Shown one piece after another: positions 10,392 to 22,076 of a DNA stretch of 64,000 nucleotides (position 1 is its first letter; each line of letters opens with the position of its first letter). Under the pieces are notes generated by a model. It saw only the letters and a list, made by a program, of their open reading frames with translations, ran no database searches and was not told where the DNA came from. A program made the translations under genes and the position numbers. Source of the stretch: an uncultured delta proteobacterium (GTDB lineage Bacteria > Desulfobacterota > Binatia > Bin18); contig CAVTCR010000018.1 in assembly GCA_963733195.1 (NCBI GenBank), forward strand, positions 1 through 64,000, given 5' to 3'.

Positions 10392-10877
10392 ATGCGCACG
10401 ATTCTCAGCTTTTGCCAAGGACTACCGGAGAAAACTTTCGATCCTAGCGAGGTGCTTCTCGCCGAAGGGGTGAACGAAAGAATCCTCTACATCCTGATTG
10501 AGGGAGAGGTTGAAGTACTGAAGGGTGACTTGCAAATCAATACCGTGTCCGAACCTGGCGCGATCTTCGGAGAGATCTCGGTCTTGCTCGACATCCCTCA
10601 CACGGCGACTGTCAAGACACTCTCGCCGACTCGGGTGTACGTGATCGAGCATGCCAGCGAGTTCCTCCAGTCGCATACCGACATCTCGTATCAACTCGCG
10701 AAGTTGCTCGCTCAGCGCGTGCATGGCATCACGACCTATCTCGTTGATCTGAAGAGTCAGTTTGAGGATCACAAAGACCACCTTGGCATGGTCGACGAGG
10801 TCCTTGAGAGCTTGGCCCATCAGCAAGCCGAGGAATGCACGCCGGGCTCTGATCGCGACCCTACAACAACTCTCTAA
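10392..10877 (+). CDS. cyclic-nucleotide-binding domain protein
   Basis: LYILIEGEVEV, PGAIFGEISVL..PHTATV; GGAGG RBS. Confidence 0.85.
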   Translation: MRTILSFCQGLPEKTFDPSEVLLAEGVNERILYILIEGEVEVLKGDLQINTVSEPGAIFGEISVLLDIPHTATVKTLSPTRVYVIEHASEFLQSHTDISYQLAKLLAQRVHGITTYLVDLKSQFEDHKDHLGMVDEVLESLAHQQAEECTPGSDRDPTTTL

Positions 10878-11649
10878 ACCAAGCCGGCAGCGCGGTGAGT
10901 TCGAGAACTGGACGCCTAAGGGGCTCGTTCAGTTGTACGACCTCGGCACCGGCTAGCGAGAACCAGAGCGCCATTTGTTCATCGGTGTTGAAAACGATGT
11001 GTGTGGGACACGGGCCGATCTGTCGCCCAGCATTGAAGACCCACGTAGAGCCTATTTGATCCACCCAAGAGCCACCCTGGCGGAAGGGCGATTGATGGAT
11101 GTGGCCGGTAAGTACGATGTCCGGTTTGTACTGCTTAATCCACCCTACCAAATAGTCGTCGCCGAAGTACTTCTGTCCACCCCAGCTCGTGGGTGATCCG
11201 TCCGGTGGTGCATGGTAGATCCAGATCCACCGGCTCTTGGGCTTTTCCGTGTCACGCGCGAGCTGCGCGCCGACCTTCTCCCGGGTCTGCGGGCCGTCCC
11301 ACCAGGGGCAGATAGTAAACAACGTGTCGTCGATCACAAGACAGTCCCCGTCGGCTGGCACTCCGAGCTGACGCACCTTAGAAATCCATTTAGCAGATTT
11401 CTCACCGGCGGCGTTCCGGGCATCAAGATCATGATTCCCTGAGCACACGATGAGTCGAGTCTTGGCGTGGAGACGCTTCAAGTAGGTAAGGATCACGGGA
11501 ATCTGAACCCGGATCTCGACGGGGGAAGAGATATCGAGATGGTCGCCCGCGATCACCACGGCGTCGAATTCTTTCGCTACAGTCGACACCCAGTCGAACT
11601 GTTTGAGGACATAGTGCAGATCAGAAATGAGGAGGCACTTCACGGCCAC
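10861..11649 (-). CDS. calcineurin-like metallophosphoesterase
   Basis: SDLH, AGDHLD, GNHD, HAPP, GHIH motifs. Confidence 0.9.
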   Translation of the reverse strand: MAVKCLLISDLHYVLKQFDWVSTVAKEFDAVVIAGDHLDISSPVEIRVQIPVILTYLKRLHAKTRLIVCSGNHDLDARNAAGEKSAKWISKVRQLGVPADGDCLVIDDTLFTICPWWDGPQTREKVGAQLARDTEKPKSRWIWIYHAPPDGSPTSWGGQKYFGDDYLVGWIKQYKPDIVLTGHIHQSPFRQGGSWVDQIGSTWVFNAGRQIGPCPTHIVFNTDEQMALWFSLAGAEVVQLNEPLRRPVLELTALPAWFRELL

Positions 11650-11897
11650 CTCCTCTCTCTTGTCTGTACGTCAATTAAAAATGTAACAAGGACAGCCTCT
11701 CTCTCAAAAGAGAGCAACGGGTAGAAGTGGGGGACTTCGACTTCTCGTCGGATCAGCCACAGAGTCAGATCGTCTAAAAAAGCAGGTAATGTGGTAATGA
11801 GATATTTTCTCATAGAGTCGTGGCGCCTCCACCACCCGTGTATGCAACCCCAAGGCAATCGCGCGGCCATAGGCCATCAGTGGGGCGCTGGAAACCT

Positions 11898-12356
11898 TCA
11901 CTGTGGGATATAAAACCCGCGTGCACCACGAATGCCGAACTTCTTCTTCTTCTTAAAAATAGCACTGACGGTCCGGTTTTCCTCCGTAGAAGTTTTTTCC
12001 ACCTTGGCGGCTTCAATCCCCTTCCTCAGCGCATAGGCACCAAGAACTTTTTCCGTCACAAAGGTTCCAGCAACCTGACACACCTGTCCTTGTTTAAACG
12101 TCGGCGTCCCCCAGACAAAAACTGGAAGTGCAATGTCTTCGTCATCACGTAACATGAAGGTCGTGTACGGATTCTCTCCGTAACGAGTCACAACGTCAGA
12201 GACCTCACCAATGACTGTAACTGACTGTTGGTAAAACGATTCAGGTGATTTTATTAACTCTGGAATTGTGTGAGCAGAGGCTTGAGAAAAATAGCAACCG
12301 CTTACCACCAATATCATTGCCAACATCAAGACTTTTTTCATCATTCGCGTTGCCAT
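11898..12356 (-). CDS. secreted OB-fold-like protein
   Basis: signal peptide; 'TIPELI..P..F....VTVIGEV' and 'GQVCQVAGTF' pattern; basic tail. Confidence 0.55.
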   Translation of the reverse strand: MATRMMKKVLMLAMILVVSGCYFSQASAHTIPELIKSPESFYQQSVTVIGEVSDVVTRYGENPYTTFMLRDDEDIALPVFVWGTPTFKQGQVCQVAGTFVTEKVLGAYALRKGIEAAKVEKTSTEENRTVSAIFKKKKKFGIRGARGFYIPQ

Positions 12357-12366
12357 ACATCCACTT

Positions 12367-15300
12367 TCACTTTTCAAATAGGTGCCATGCGACCACGAGC
12401 GCAGAGGTCGTCGCCGCTGCCCGTGTCCGCATCCAACGCCACACACGTCCTGGCGCAAAACTGCTTACGCCTAACCCACGCATGTCGTCGAAGAACGAAT
12501 AGACGACTGGGGTCACCAATAACGTAATAAACAAACACAGGGCTTGCCCACCGACGACGACCGTTGCCAACGACGCACGTGCGGCCGCACCATCTCCTCT
12601 TCCCAGCGCGATCGGGAGCATCCCCGCGATAATGGTCAACGTCGTCATCAGGATCGGGCGGAGTCGCACGCGATCAGCGACAATTTGCGCCTCGTATCGA
12701 CTCATCCCTTTCTCACGGAGGTGATTCGTGTAATCGACTTGGAGAATCGCGTTCTTTTTCACCACCCCCATAAGCAGGAACACGCCAAGTACACTATAAA
12801 TGCTTAACGGTTGATCAGTGATAATCAGGCTGAGTATTCCGAACGGTAGGCTGAGAAACATAGAGACCATGATCGTCACCGGGTGGATAAAGCTTTCAAA
12901 CTGCGCAGCTAACACGATGTAGATAAAAACAATGCTGAGAACGAAGGCGATAGCAAAATTCTGCATCGCCTCGACCATAATCTTTCCGCGACCGGTGTAT
13001 GCAGTGGAGTATTCCGGGCCGAGATTCAGTCTTTCACTGCTTCATTGCCCTGCAACATCGCTTCACCCATCGGCTTGTCATACAGGTTGGCAATCACTGT
13101 CACTTGCCGTTCCTGTGCGTAGCGGTCGATCTGCGCTGGTCCTTTTCCCGAATGCAGAGTCGTGACGTTACTAAGCCGGACAAGGTTTCCGTCTCGCGAT
13201 GGCACCATCAGTTCTGCAACTGCCGCTTGATCTTTCCGCGAATCCGGCTGAAGACGTAAACGCACGTTATATTGCTCTCCTGCCTCACGGTAAAAGGAGA
13301 TACGCTCGCCGCCAATTTGGGTGCGAAGTGCAGAGGCAATATCCTCCACGCGCACGCCGAGGTCAGACGATTTTTTACGGTCGATATGGACCTGGACTTC
13401 TGGATGGCGCAAGGCTTGGCCGGTATCAACATCGACGAAGCCAGGAATCACAGTCAGCTTCTTAATCAGCGCTTGCGAATACTGGTCAAGCATCTGCAAG
13501 TCGGGTCCGCGCAAGGTTACATTAAACGGTGTCTGGCGGAATCCACCACCCTGCATGAGGTTAAGATTCTGTACGCTCAGCCGCAGGTCAGGGTATTTGG
13601 TCAGTAGCTCGCGAACCACCTGCATCATTTCTTGCTGGGAACGCTCACGCTGCGATAGATGCGTCAAGCCAACATAAATCGAGGCATCAGTCACGTTACT
13701 TTGAAACTGCCCGCGCACTCCGATCGTGGTGAAGAGGTGCTCGACTTCAGGAACGGTACGGAGATCGGCCTCAATCTTCCGAAGAATGGCATCGCTGCGC
13801 TCTAAGGATGCAGCCAGGCGGAGTTTCAACAATCACTTCAAACTCACTCATATCGTCGTCTTGAAACACTTCCACTTTGGTAATGGGAAGCAGCCACCGC
13901 AGTGAGGCAAAGATCGCAACCGCGCACAACAAGGTAATCACCCGATGGCGTAGGCACCATGCCAGCATACGCTCATAGCCACGTTCCAATGAGGCATAGA
14001 GCCACGTCTCGCGCGCGCTTTGATGATGCGACGTGACTTTGAGGAAGCGCGAACACAACATCGGCACAAGGGTGAAGGCAATAATCAGCGACACAAAAAT
14101 GGCAAACGTCATGGTCAAGCCAAAACTACGGAAAAAACGCCCGACAATGGCACCCATGAAGGCAACAGGCAAGAAGATCACTATCAGCGACATTGTCGTC
14201 GCCAACACTGCCAAGGCAATCTCTCGTGTCCCCTCTAAAGCTGCTTCCATCGGCGAGCGTTTTTCTTCTTCCATGTGGCGGAAGATATTTTCCAAGACGA
14301 TAATCGCGTCGTCGATGACGATACCAGTCGACAGCGAGAGGCCGAGCATGGTCATATTATTGAGCGTAAAGCCCATGTAACGGAGAAAAGTAAAGGTTGC
14401 GATGATCGACGCCGGAATTGAAATCGCGGCAATCAAAGCACTGCGCCAGTTACGAATGAAAAACAGCACAACTAGTGCAGCAAGAAAGCCGCCGAGGATC
14501 AGATGCTCTTGCACTTCTTCCATTGAGCGACGGATGAAGCGGGATTGATCGCGGACAATCTGAAAGCGAATATCCTGCGGCAAGGTTTTCCGGATCTCGT
14601 CTAACCGCGCCGTGATCCGATCAACAACTTCGACGGTATTAGTTCCAGACTGTTTTCGTATTAAGAGAGAAACAGCATTTTCACCGTCGAGGCGTGACAA
14701 GGTGCGAGCTTCTTCTTCTCCATCAACAGCATAGCCAATGTCCTTGACACGAACCGGGGCGCCTTTCACATCAGCAACGATAATATCGTTAAAGGCACTG
14801 GCCTCTTCAATACGCCCGAGAGTGCGGAGTCCTTCTTCTCGCGTCTCCCACGTCAGCCGACCTCCAGGTATCTCGGCATTCTGTTTGCGAATCGCATCCT
14901 TCACCGTTTGGATCGATAGGTTGTATGCCGTCAGCCGGTCAGGATCGATATAAATCTGGATCTCACGTTTCCGGTCTCCTACCAACGAAACCGCGCCAAT
15001 ATCTTTGATCGTTTCGAGCTGGCGTTTAATCTTCTTGTCGGCGATTTCTGTCACTTCGCGTGACATCCGTGCGCCAGAGACAACTATAGCCATGATCGGT
15101 GACGCATCAGGGTCGAAACGTTCAATGACCGGCGGATCGGTCCCAGGCGGAAAGTCTCGTAAGACAGTTGACACTTTCTCCCGCACTTCATTAGCAGCAG
15201 TTTCGATATCCTTCTCTAAGACGAACGAGGCAAAAATCTGCGACTGCCCTTCGATGGTCGTTGAGCGTAGCTCATCAAGCCCACTAATCGTGTTGATTGC

Positions 15301-15507
15301 TTCTTCGATACGTTTGGTGATCTGCGATTCGATTTCTTCTGGGCTTGCACCTTCCAGACGTGTCGTCACCGTCACCGTCGGAAAATCGACCTTCGGATAA
15401 ATATCGACTCCAAGGGTACGGAGGGAGGCCAACCCAAGCACGACCAGTGAGACGACCAACATCGTGGCAAACACTGGACGACGGATACAAATTTCGGGGA
15501 GGGACAT
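12367..15507 (-). CDS. RND (AcrB/MdtB-type) efflux permease, split by two apparent indels
   Basis: MSLPEICIRRPVFA, GIVIDDAI, LAAQFESF, GVVKKNAIL, RLRPILMTT across three consecutive ORFs. Confidence 0.9.
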
Positions 15508-15627
15508 AGTAGCCTCTCGCGATCAGCACTTCAACGTCGGAATGCAGATCATGATGAACAATGATATAAAGCGACGGCCTAATACGTTATTGCCCTGCGC
15601 CTAATTTATCGTTCACGCATTCCACAT

Positions 15628-16806
15628 TCAGCTTTCTTTCCCATTCGCTACTCTAATCTTCGCTCCTTGGTACAGTTGCGCCAGACTTGAAGTGGCAACG
15701 GTCTCACCCGATCGCAACCCATCAGTAATCTCAAGCTGGCCGTTTTGCCGCACTCCAAGTTTCACTTGACGCTCTTGAACAGTGCCGTCCTGTACAACAA
15801 AGGCTTTGTTGATACCGACATATGTATATACGGCTTCTTCAGGAACAAAGATCGCCTCTGGGTTCACGCCAGTCACAATCTGGCCTTTGGCAAAGAAGCC
15901 AGGTTTGAGCTGTCCGTGCGCATTAGGAACTCTAGTCTCTAACGCTAGTGAACGCGTTTGCACATCAACCGCAGGACTCACCCGCATCACCACGCCAGGG
16001 AACGTACGCTCAGCAAACGCTTCAACTTGCACCTCCACAGGCTGTTCAATCTTAATCTCTGGTGCGAACCGCTCAGGCACCATGCCCTGAAGTTTCAACG
16101 GATTGGTAATGACAAGATGTAGCAGAGCTGTTTTCTCCTTGATCGTCTCGCCCATAGAGACGAGGCGTTGACGAACTTCGCCAGCAATCGGAGCAATAAT
16201 CTCTGTATCGCTCAGGCGTTTCCGTGCGAGATCAACCTGGGCACGAAACCGGTCAATATCTGCCTCGCGGGCACGGACTTGCGCTTCAATCGCGTCGAAT
16301 CGAGCTTTGGCCACATCCAGCTGGCTCGTCGCCACGATTCCTTCATTGTGCAGTGGCTGTATCCGTTGCAAATGCAGCTCGGCATCGCGCCACTCCGCTT
16401 TTGCTTGTGTCACCGCTTTCAGTGCGGCTTGCATATTCGCGTCTGCTTGTGCCAATGCGAGTTTCGCTTCGCGCTGGTCAAGAAGCACGAGACGTTGGCC
16501 TTTTTTCACCTTATCGCCAAGATCAACCAACACTTGCTCAATCGTACCGGGAGTTTCGTTACTGATAGTGACTTCTTCCCACCCGGTGAGCGTGCCTACC
16601 ATCTCGACTGTCCGCTTAACTTCGCGCGTTGCTACCGGCGTGGTGGTAATCGCCATCACCTGCTCAGTCGGCGTTCCTGGTGTTTGCTTGGTGGCTCCTT
16701 TGTCCGCAGGACGCTCTCGCGAACAAGAGACGATAGCCGTAAGAATCACGCAATAAAAGGATATGAAGACGAACATCAAGTCATTACCACACGAACGCAA
16801 TCTCAT
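15628..16806 (-). CDS. RND periplasmic adaptor (MFP)
   Basis: lipoyl halves (VDLGDKVKKGQ / IIAPIAG), coiled hairpin, LKPGFFA; upstream of the permease. Confidence 0.9.
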   Translation of the reverse strand: MRLRSCGNDLMFVFISFYCVILTAIVSCSRERPADKGATKQTPGTPTEQVMAITTTPVATREVKRTVEMVGTLTGWEEVTISNETPGTIEQVLVDLGDKVKKGQRLVLLDQREAKLALAQADANMQAALKAVTQAKAEWRDAELHLQRIQPLHNEGIVATSQLDVAKARFDAIEAQVRAREADIDRFRAQVDLARKRLSDTEIIAPIAGEVRQRLVSMGETIKEKTALLHLVITNPLKLQGMVPERFAPEIKIEQPVEVQVEAFAERTFPGVVMRVSPAVDVQTRSLALETRVPNAHGQLKPGFFAKGQIVTGVNPEAIFVPEEAVYTYVGINKAFVVQDGTVQERQVKLGVRQNGQLEITDGLRSGETVATSSLAQLYQGAKIRVANGKES

Positions 16807-16917
16807 AGAGACACACTAGGCTCCTCATCAGCAGATAGAGTTATCCCTAGCATGCGAGCAGTGGCAACAGAATCCCGGTTCTGTCTCCTGCTATGAAGAT
16901 CGCACCGAACGGTATGT

Positions 16918-17349
16918 CTACAGAATCTCGACCAGTTGAATCTCGAAGGAAAGGTCTTTCCCTGCGAGTTCGTGGTTTCCATCAAGCGTCACGTGGGTGC
17001 CAGATACTGCGGTGACAGTCACCACAGCAGCAGCGCCATCTTCTTGGCGAATCTGGTAACGGTGACCGACTTCTGGGGCCACATGGGAGGGCAAAGTCTG
17101 ACGTTCGACAGTGAATATTAACTCGTCTTTATACAGACCATACGCATCGACCGCGGGAATAAGAACCGTTTTTGTATCTCCGGGCTGCATACCAATGACG
17201 GCACGATCAAATCCGGCAATGAGCTGTCCTGCACCTACAGTGAACTGTAGAGAATCACCACCGACAGACGAATCAAATACGTGTCCATCAGTGAACTTGC
17301 CTGTGTAGTGAACGCGGATTTGGTCTCCAGTTTTTGCCTGCGCCATCAT
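16918..17349 (-). CDS. FKBP-type PPIase (SlyD/FkpB-like)
   Basis: VHYTG..FDSS, GQLIAGF, LDGNHELAGKDLSFEI. Confidence 0.9.
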   Translation of the reverse strand: MMAQAKTGDQIRVHYTGKFTDGHVFDSSVGGDSLQFTVGAGQLIAGFDRAVIGMQPGDTKTVLIPAVDAYGLYKDELIFTVERQTLPSHVAPEVGHRYQIRQEDGAAAVVTVTAVSGTHVTLDGNHELAGKDLSFEIQLVEIL

Positions 17350-17390
17350 CAGTCTCCTTCACTCTGTACCACACAAAAAACAAGGAACGC

Positions 17391-18704
17391 TCACGGCCAG
17401 TACAGCTTCCTCGCCTGTTTCGTCAATTCAGCCTGAAAATCTGGATGCGCAATACTAATGAGCGCTTCTGCACGTTGGCGCTGGCTCTTCCCTTGCAAAT
17501 TGACAATGCCAAATTCGGTCACTACATAATCCATGTACTGACGCGGCGTGGTAATCGTGCTCCCTGGTTCAAGCATCGGCACAATGCGTGACAGTTGCCC
17601 TTTCTTCGCCGTGGATGGTACAACCATGATCGAACGGCCACCTTTCGAATACATCGCACCCATCATAAATGTCATTTGCCCACCGACACCGGAGTACATA
17701 TTCGGCCCCAAGCCTTCGGCTGCGGCTTGTCCAGTGAGGTCGATAGCCAGCGTACTGTTGACAGCAACTTGGGAATGTTGTGCTGCGATCGTTAACAGTG
17801 AGTTGGTGTAGGTCACGCTGTGCAGCTCAAATGCGGGATTGTTGTCGACGAACTTTAGGTCCGCAGCTCCGACAATCATTGCTGCTACAGCCTTCCCTTT
17901 GTGCATTGACTTATACTTACCATTCGCGACTCCACGTTTGACGAGTTCGACGTGAGTCACGGTCATGATCTCAGAATGAATACCGAGATCGTTCTTATCC
18001 ATGAGAAAATAGCCGATCGATTCGGAGATGGCACCAATACCCATTTGTACGGTATCGCCGTCACGAATGAGCGACGAGGCAAACTCACCAATCACTTCGA
18101 GTGTCCCTCGTTCTTCTTCGGGCGGGGGAGGTGTTCCAAGAGGGAAAGCTTTGGACTCTTCGACCAGATAGTCAATCTCAGAGACATGAATCCAGTTATC
18201 TCCATGCGTGCGAACGAAAGTCGGATCAACTTCCGCGACAAAGAGTTTGGCTGTTTTGGCAACATCTTTGTTGTACCAAAGCGCATTGCCAAAACTGCAA
18301 TAGCCTTTCTCGTCTGGCGGGGAGACGACCCCAAAGAAGATGTCCGGCTCCCAAGTATTGGTTCGCCCCTCTTCAAGTTGCTTTGGGTATTGAGGATAGT
18401 CGAGCGTAATAAAATCGACGTAGCGATTGTTCATACCAGGGCGACAACCTGCACCAACATAATCGACCACGCGATTGAACGATTGGTCATACTGCGGTTC
18501 ATTCCAGAATGGATGGCTGTACAGCGGATAGCATTGAATAACTGTCACATCCTGTAGTTCACCATTTCGTTTCGCCAGTGATTCGAGAATCGGAATGGGA
18601 GGGCGACCAATATGAAAGCGGACCATTTGGCCGGATTTGACTAGCTTGGCTGCCGCGTCAGCAGTGATGATTTTGTCTTTGTAAGTGTGTTGCCAGGGGG
18701 TCAT
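17391..18704 (-). CDS. acetyl-CoA hydrolase/4-hydroxybutyrate CoA-transferase family
   Basis: QMGIGAI, DLGIHSE, SGVGGQ..F, VVTEFG motifs. Confidence 0.9.
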   Translation of the reverse strand: MTPWQHTYKDKIITADAAAKLVKSGQMVRFHIGRPPIPILESLAKRNGELQDVTVIQCYPLYSHPFWNEPQYDQSFNRVVDYVGAGCRPGMNNRYVDFITLDYPQYPKQLEEGRTNTWEPDIFFGVVSPPDEKGYCSFGNALWYNKDVAKTAKLFVAEVDPTFVRTHGDNWIHVSEIDYLVEESKAFPLGTPPPPEEERGTLEVIGEFASSLIRDGDTVQMGIGAISESIGYFLMDKNDLGIHSEIMTVTHVELVKRGVANGKYKSMHKGKAVAAMIVGAADLKFVDNNPAFELHSVTYTNSLLTIAAQHSQVAVNSTLAIDLTGQAAAEGLGPNMYSGVGGQMTFMMGAMYSKGGRSIMVVPSTAKKGQLSRIVPMLEPGSTITTPRQYMDYVVTEFGIVNLQGKSQRQRAEALISIAHPDFQAELTKQARKLYWP

Positions 18705-18717
18705 ACGTTTCTCCTTC

Positions 18718-19485
18718 CTATCCCACCAAACTATGTCCTCCATCCACAAACAACGCCGAGCCTGTCATGAATGTATTCGCATCTGAGCACAGAAACAAAA
18801 TCGCTGGTTTCATTTCCTTTGCATCACCAACACGTCCCATCGGGATCTTATCCATCACACTCTGTCCACCCTTCGTTTGCCAGAACTCATGGTTCATCGG
18901 CGTATCGAAGTAGCCCGGACACAAAGCGTTGACGCGGATATTATGCCGCGCCCATTCCAATGCCAACGTCCGGGTAAACGATACAAGCGCCGCTTTCGTT
19001 GCTCCATAGGCACCCATGTAGCGAGCGACAATGGTCGAAAACACCGACGACACGTTGATGATGTTCCCTTGCTTGCGTTTGATCATCTCGGCACCGACGT
19101 GCTTGGAACAGAGTACTGGACCTTTCAGGTTCAGGTTCATGAAACGGTCCCACTCTTCTTCTTTGAGGTCATGAATTGGGGTCGTCCCACCGATCCCGGC
19201 ATTGTTAATGAGAATGTCGATCTTGCCGAACTCAGCCATGACTTTTTGTACCATCGCAGCAATGTCGGCATCTTTGGTCACATCAGCCGCAATGCCGATC
19301 ACCTTGCGACCAGTAGCAGAACGAACCTCTACTGCCGCCTTATCGAGATCAGCCTGAGTGCGAGCAACAAGGGCAACGTCAGCGCCAGCCTCGGCCAACG
19401 CATACGCCATCTGCTCACCCAATCCTTTGCTGCCGCCAGTGATGATGGCGGTCTTTCCTGTCAAATCAAAATACGAGGTCGCCAT
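18718..19485 (-). CDS. SDR oxidoreductase (gluconate 5-dehydrogenase-like)
   Basis: TGGSKGLG, NNAG, YGATK. Confidence 0.9.
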   Translation of the reverse strand: MATSYFDLTGKTAIITGGSKGLGEQMAYALAEAGADVALVARTQADLDKAAVEVRSATGRKVIGIAADVTKDADIAAMVQKVMAEFGKIDILINNAGIGGTTPIHDLKEEEWDRFMNLNLKGPVLCSKHVGAEMIKRKQGNIINVSSVFSTIVARYMGAYGATKAALVSFTRTLALEWARHNIRVNALCPGYFDTPMNHEFWQTKGGQSVMDKIPMGRVGDAKEMKPAILFLCSDANTFMTGSALFVDGGHSLVG

Positions 19486-19501
19486 GTCTTACCCTTTCGA
19501 C

Positions 19502-19605
19502 AATTAAGAATGAAGAATTAAAAATGAAGAATGTAAGAAAGAAGAATAGCAACAAAAGCAACTTTCTCCAGATAATTTTTCATTCTCAATTCTTAATTTT
19601 TCATT
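19502..19605. repeat. heptamer tandem-repeat palindrome (AATKAAR x5, inverted x5)
   Basis: AATTAAG AATGAAG AATTAAA AATGAAG ... TAATTTT TCATTCT CAATTCT TAATTTT TCATT. Confidence 0.85.
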
Positions 19606-19611
19606 GCTGCT

Positions 19612-20761
19612 TTAGCAGCCGAGCTGCCGAGCAATCACCATCCGTTGCACTTCACTTGTGCCTTCACCGATGGTGAGAATTTTCGAATCAAGATAGAAGC
19701 GCGACACCGGAAACTCGCGGGTATAGCCATATCCCCCATGAATCTGCACAGCCTCTTCCGCCGCTTTCACCGCGATTTCTGATGCTGCCAGTTTCGCCAT
19801 CGCTGCTTCTGTAGCAAACGGACGTCCTTGGTCCCGCAGCCATGCGGCACGGTAGATCATCAGTTTCGCCATCTCTGCTTGTGTCGCCATGTCTGCAAGC
19901 TTGAACTGGATGGCCTGATGCGACGCCAATGGCTTGCCAAAGGTTTTGCGCTCCATCGCGTACTTGAGCGACATCTCCAGGCAACCTTGCGCCAATGACA
20001 ATCCAAGCGTAGCAACGGAGATACGACCACACTCCAGCGTCTTGAGGAACGCGCGAAAGCCCGAGCCTTCTTGTCCGAGCAAATTCTCACGAGGGACGCG
20101 CACGTTGTCGAAAATTTGTTCGCGCGTATCAACTCCATGCCAACCAATTTTCTTGTACCGCCTCCCAACAGTATAACCCGGTGTCCCGTGAGGAATGATC
20201 AGCGAACAATACTGTCGTTTGCCGCTCGTCATCTGTACCGTTGGTAGTAAGAGCGACGAGACCATAGCTGATCGGCGTGCCAGCATTTGAGATGAAACAT
20301 TTTGTCCCATTCACCACCCACTCATCGCCCTCTAAACGGGAAGTCGTCTGAATATTAGAGGCATCCGATCCAGCTTGCGGTTCAGTTAAACCAAATGCCC
20401 CCAGTCGCTCTCCGCGCGCGAGCGGTGCTAACCATTTGAGTTTCTGCTCTTCAGTGCCGAAGTGTAGGAACGGCAAGGACCCGATCGTTAAGTGAGCCTG
20501 CAAAGTCGTGGCAATCGACTGATCCACTTTGCCGATTTCTTCCAATGCGGCAACCATAGCCATTGTTCCAGCATTCGTGCCGCCGTATTCTTCCGGAATG
20601 AGTAACCCCATCAGGTTGAGGTCAGCCATCTTGCGATAGACCTCAACCGGAAAGTGTTCAGCATCGAACCACTCGTCAGCATACGGAGCGATCTCTTTAC
20701 GAGCAAAATCGCGACAGAGATCTTTGAGCATCTGTTGTTCAGGAGTCAGTTCAAAATCCAT
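19612..20761 (-). CDS. acyl-CoA dehydrogenase (frameshift near 20210)
   Basis: [39 protein letters not shown]. Confidence 0.9.
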
Positions 20762-20857
20762 GACGGTGGCATATAGCACATCCCGCATAGCTTATGGTAG
20801 GAGCCGTTGCAGTGGAGGGTGAGCACTGCCCGCCCTATTTGACAGAAGGAGGAGCCA

Positions 20858-21802
20858 ATGCCCCGCAAAATTCAATTCGGTCTGTTTCAACCGCAAGTTG
20901 GTCTATCATTCTCGATTCTCAAAGAACGTGCCCTGGCCGCTGAAGAGTATGGGTTTCATTCGATCTGGCTACCGGATCACATGTGGGTCCGTGGCCTGCC
21001 ACAACTCGATTATTTGGAGAGTTGGACAGTGTTGTCCGGCTTAGCAGGCGCAACAACTCGTATTCGCCTCGGTGGATTGGTATTCTGTAACTCGTATCGC
21101 AATCCCGCCTTCTTCGCCAAAATGGCTGCGACCCTCGACAACATCAGCAACGGACGGCTCGAACTCGGTCTCGGTGCCGGGTGGATGGACGAAGAGTACA
21201 AAGCCTACGGCTATGAATTCCCTTCCGGTGGCGTACGCGCCAGCCAATTGCGAGAGGGGGTAGAGATTATCAAGAAGATGTTTACCGAAGAGAAAACCTC
21301 GTATGCGGGTAAATACTACACTGTTACCGAGGCTCCTAATAACCCCAAACCAGTGCAGAAGCCACACCCACCGATCATTATCGGTGCAGTCGCGGAGCAG
21401 AAAATGCTCAAGCTTGTCGCCGAACATGCTGACGGCTGGAACTGTCCGGCCGCAGCGTCTCATCGTATAGAAAAGAAATGGCAGGTGATTGCCGATTATT
21501 GCAAAGGATTTGGGCGCAATCCCGACGAGATCGAGATTTCTGAACAAGTGGTAGGTGTTCTTGGGAAGGATCGCGCCGATTTCGAGCGCAAATGGCCCAT
21601 GGCAAAACAAACATTGGGACGGTTGGCCGACCTCGATAAAACTGCCCTCCGTGGCGACCCCGCCGGTTTCATCGAAGGAGTTAAGGAAAAGAATCGCAAA
21701 GGAGTGACGCTCTTCACTATGGTACTGAGTGACGTAGCGCAGGATGATTTTCTGGCGACGCTAAAGCTCTTCTCTAAAGAAGTGATGCCAGCGTTTCACT
21801 AA
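20858..21802 (+). CDS. LLM class oxidoreductase (probably F420-dependent type)
   Basis: WLPDH, YRNPA, GRLELGLGAGW, PKPVQKPHPPI. Confidence 0.85.
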   Translation: MPRKIQFGLFQPQVGLSFSILKERALAAEEYGFHSIWLPDHMWVRGLPQLDYLESWTVLSGLAGATTRIRLGGLVFCNSYRNPAFFAKMAATLDNISNGRLELGLGAGWMDEEYKAYGYEFPSGGVRASQLREGVEIIKKMFTEEKTSYAGKYYTVTEAPNNPKPVQKPHPPIIIGAVAEQKMLKLVAEHADGWNCPAAASHRIEKKWQVIADYCKGFGRNPDEIEISEQVVGVLGKDRADFERKWPMAKQTLGRLADLDKTALRGDPAGFIEGVKEKNRKGVTLFTMVLSDVAQDDFLATLKLFSKEVMPAFH

Positions 21803-21861
21803 ATACCCCTACAAGAAATAACGTCTCGAGTTTATTCTCTGGCACTCAGCATTTACTGCGA

Positions 21862-21888
21862 AGACAAGGGGCTTTAAGCCCCTTGTCT
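21862..21888. repeat. perfect palindrome, REP-like or terminator
   Basis: AGACAAGGGGCTT-T-AAGCCCCTTGTCT. Confidence 0.7.
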
Positions 21889-22076
21889 ATAGAGCGAAAC
21901 TCACTGGTTATGAATTGACAAGCTCTCAAGTCTTCCTTTTTCTCACTTATTCTCTACGTAGAGAAACTCATCCCATCCTTTGCCCTCTCTCCTTAAGCAA
22001 TCGCAGCGCAAGCCGATAGTTGCCCTGAAAAGATACCAGACACCATTCGCTATAAAGAGGCGAGAGGAGATGCTCC

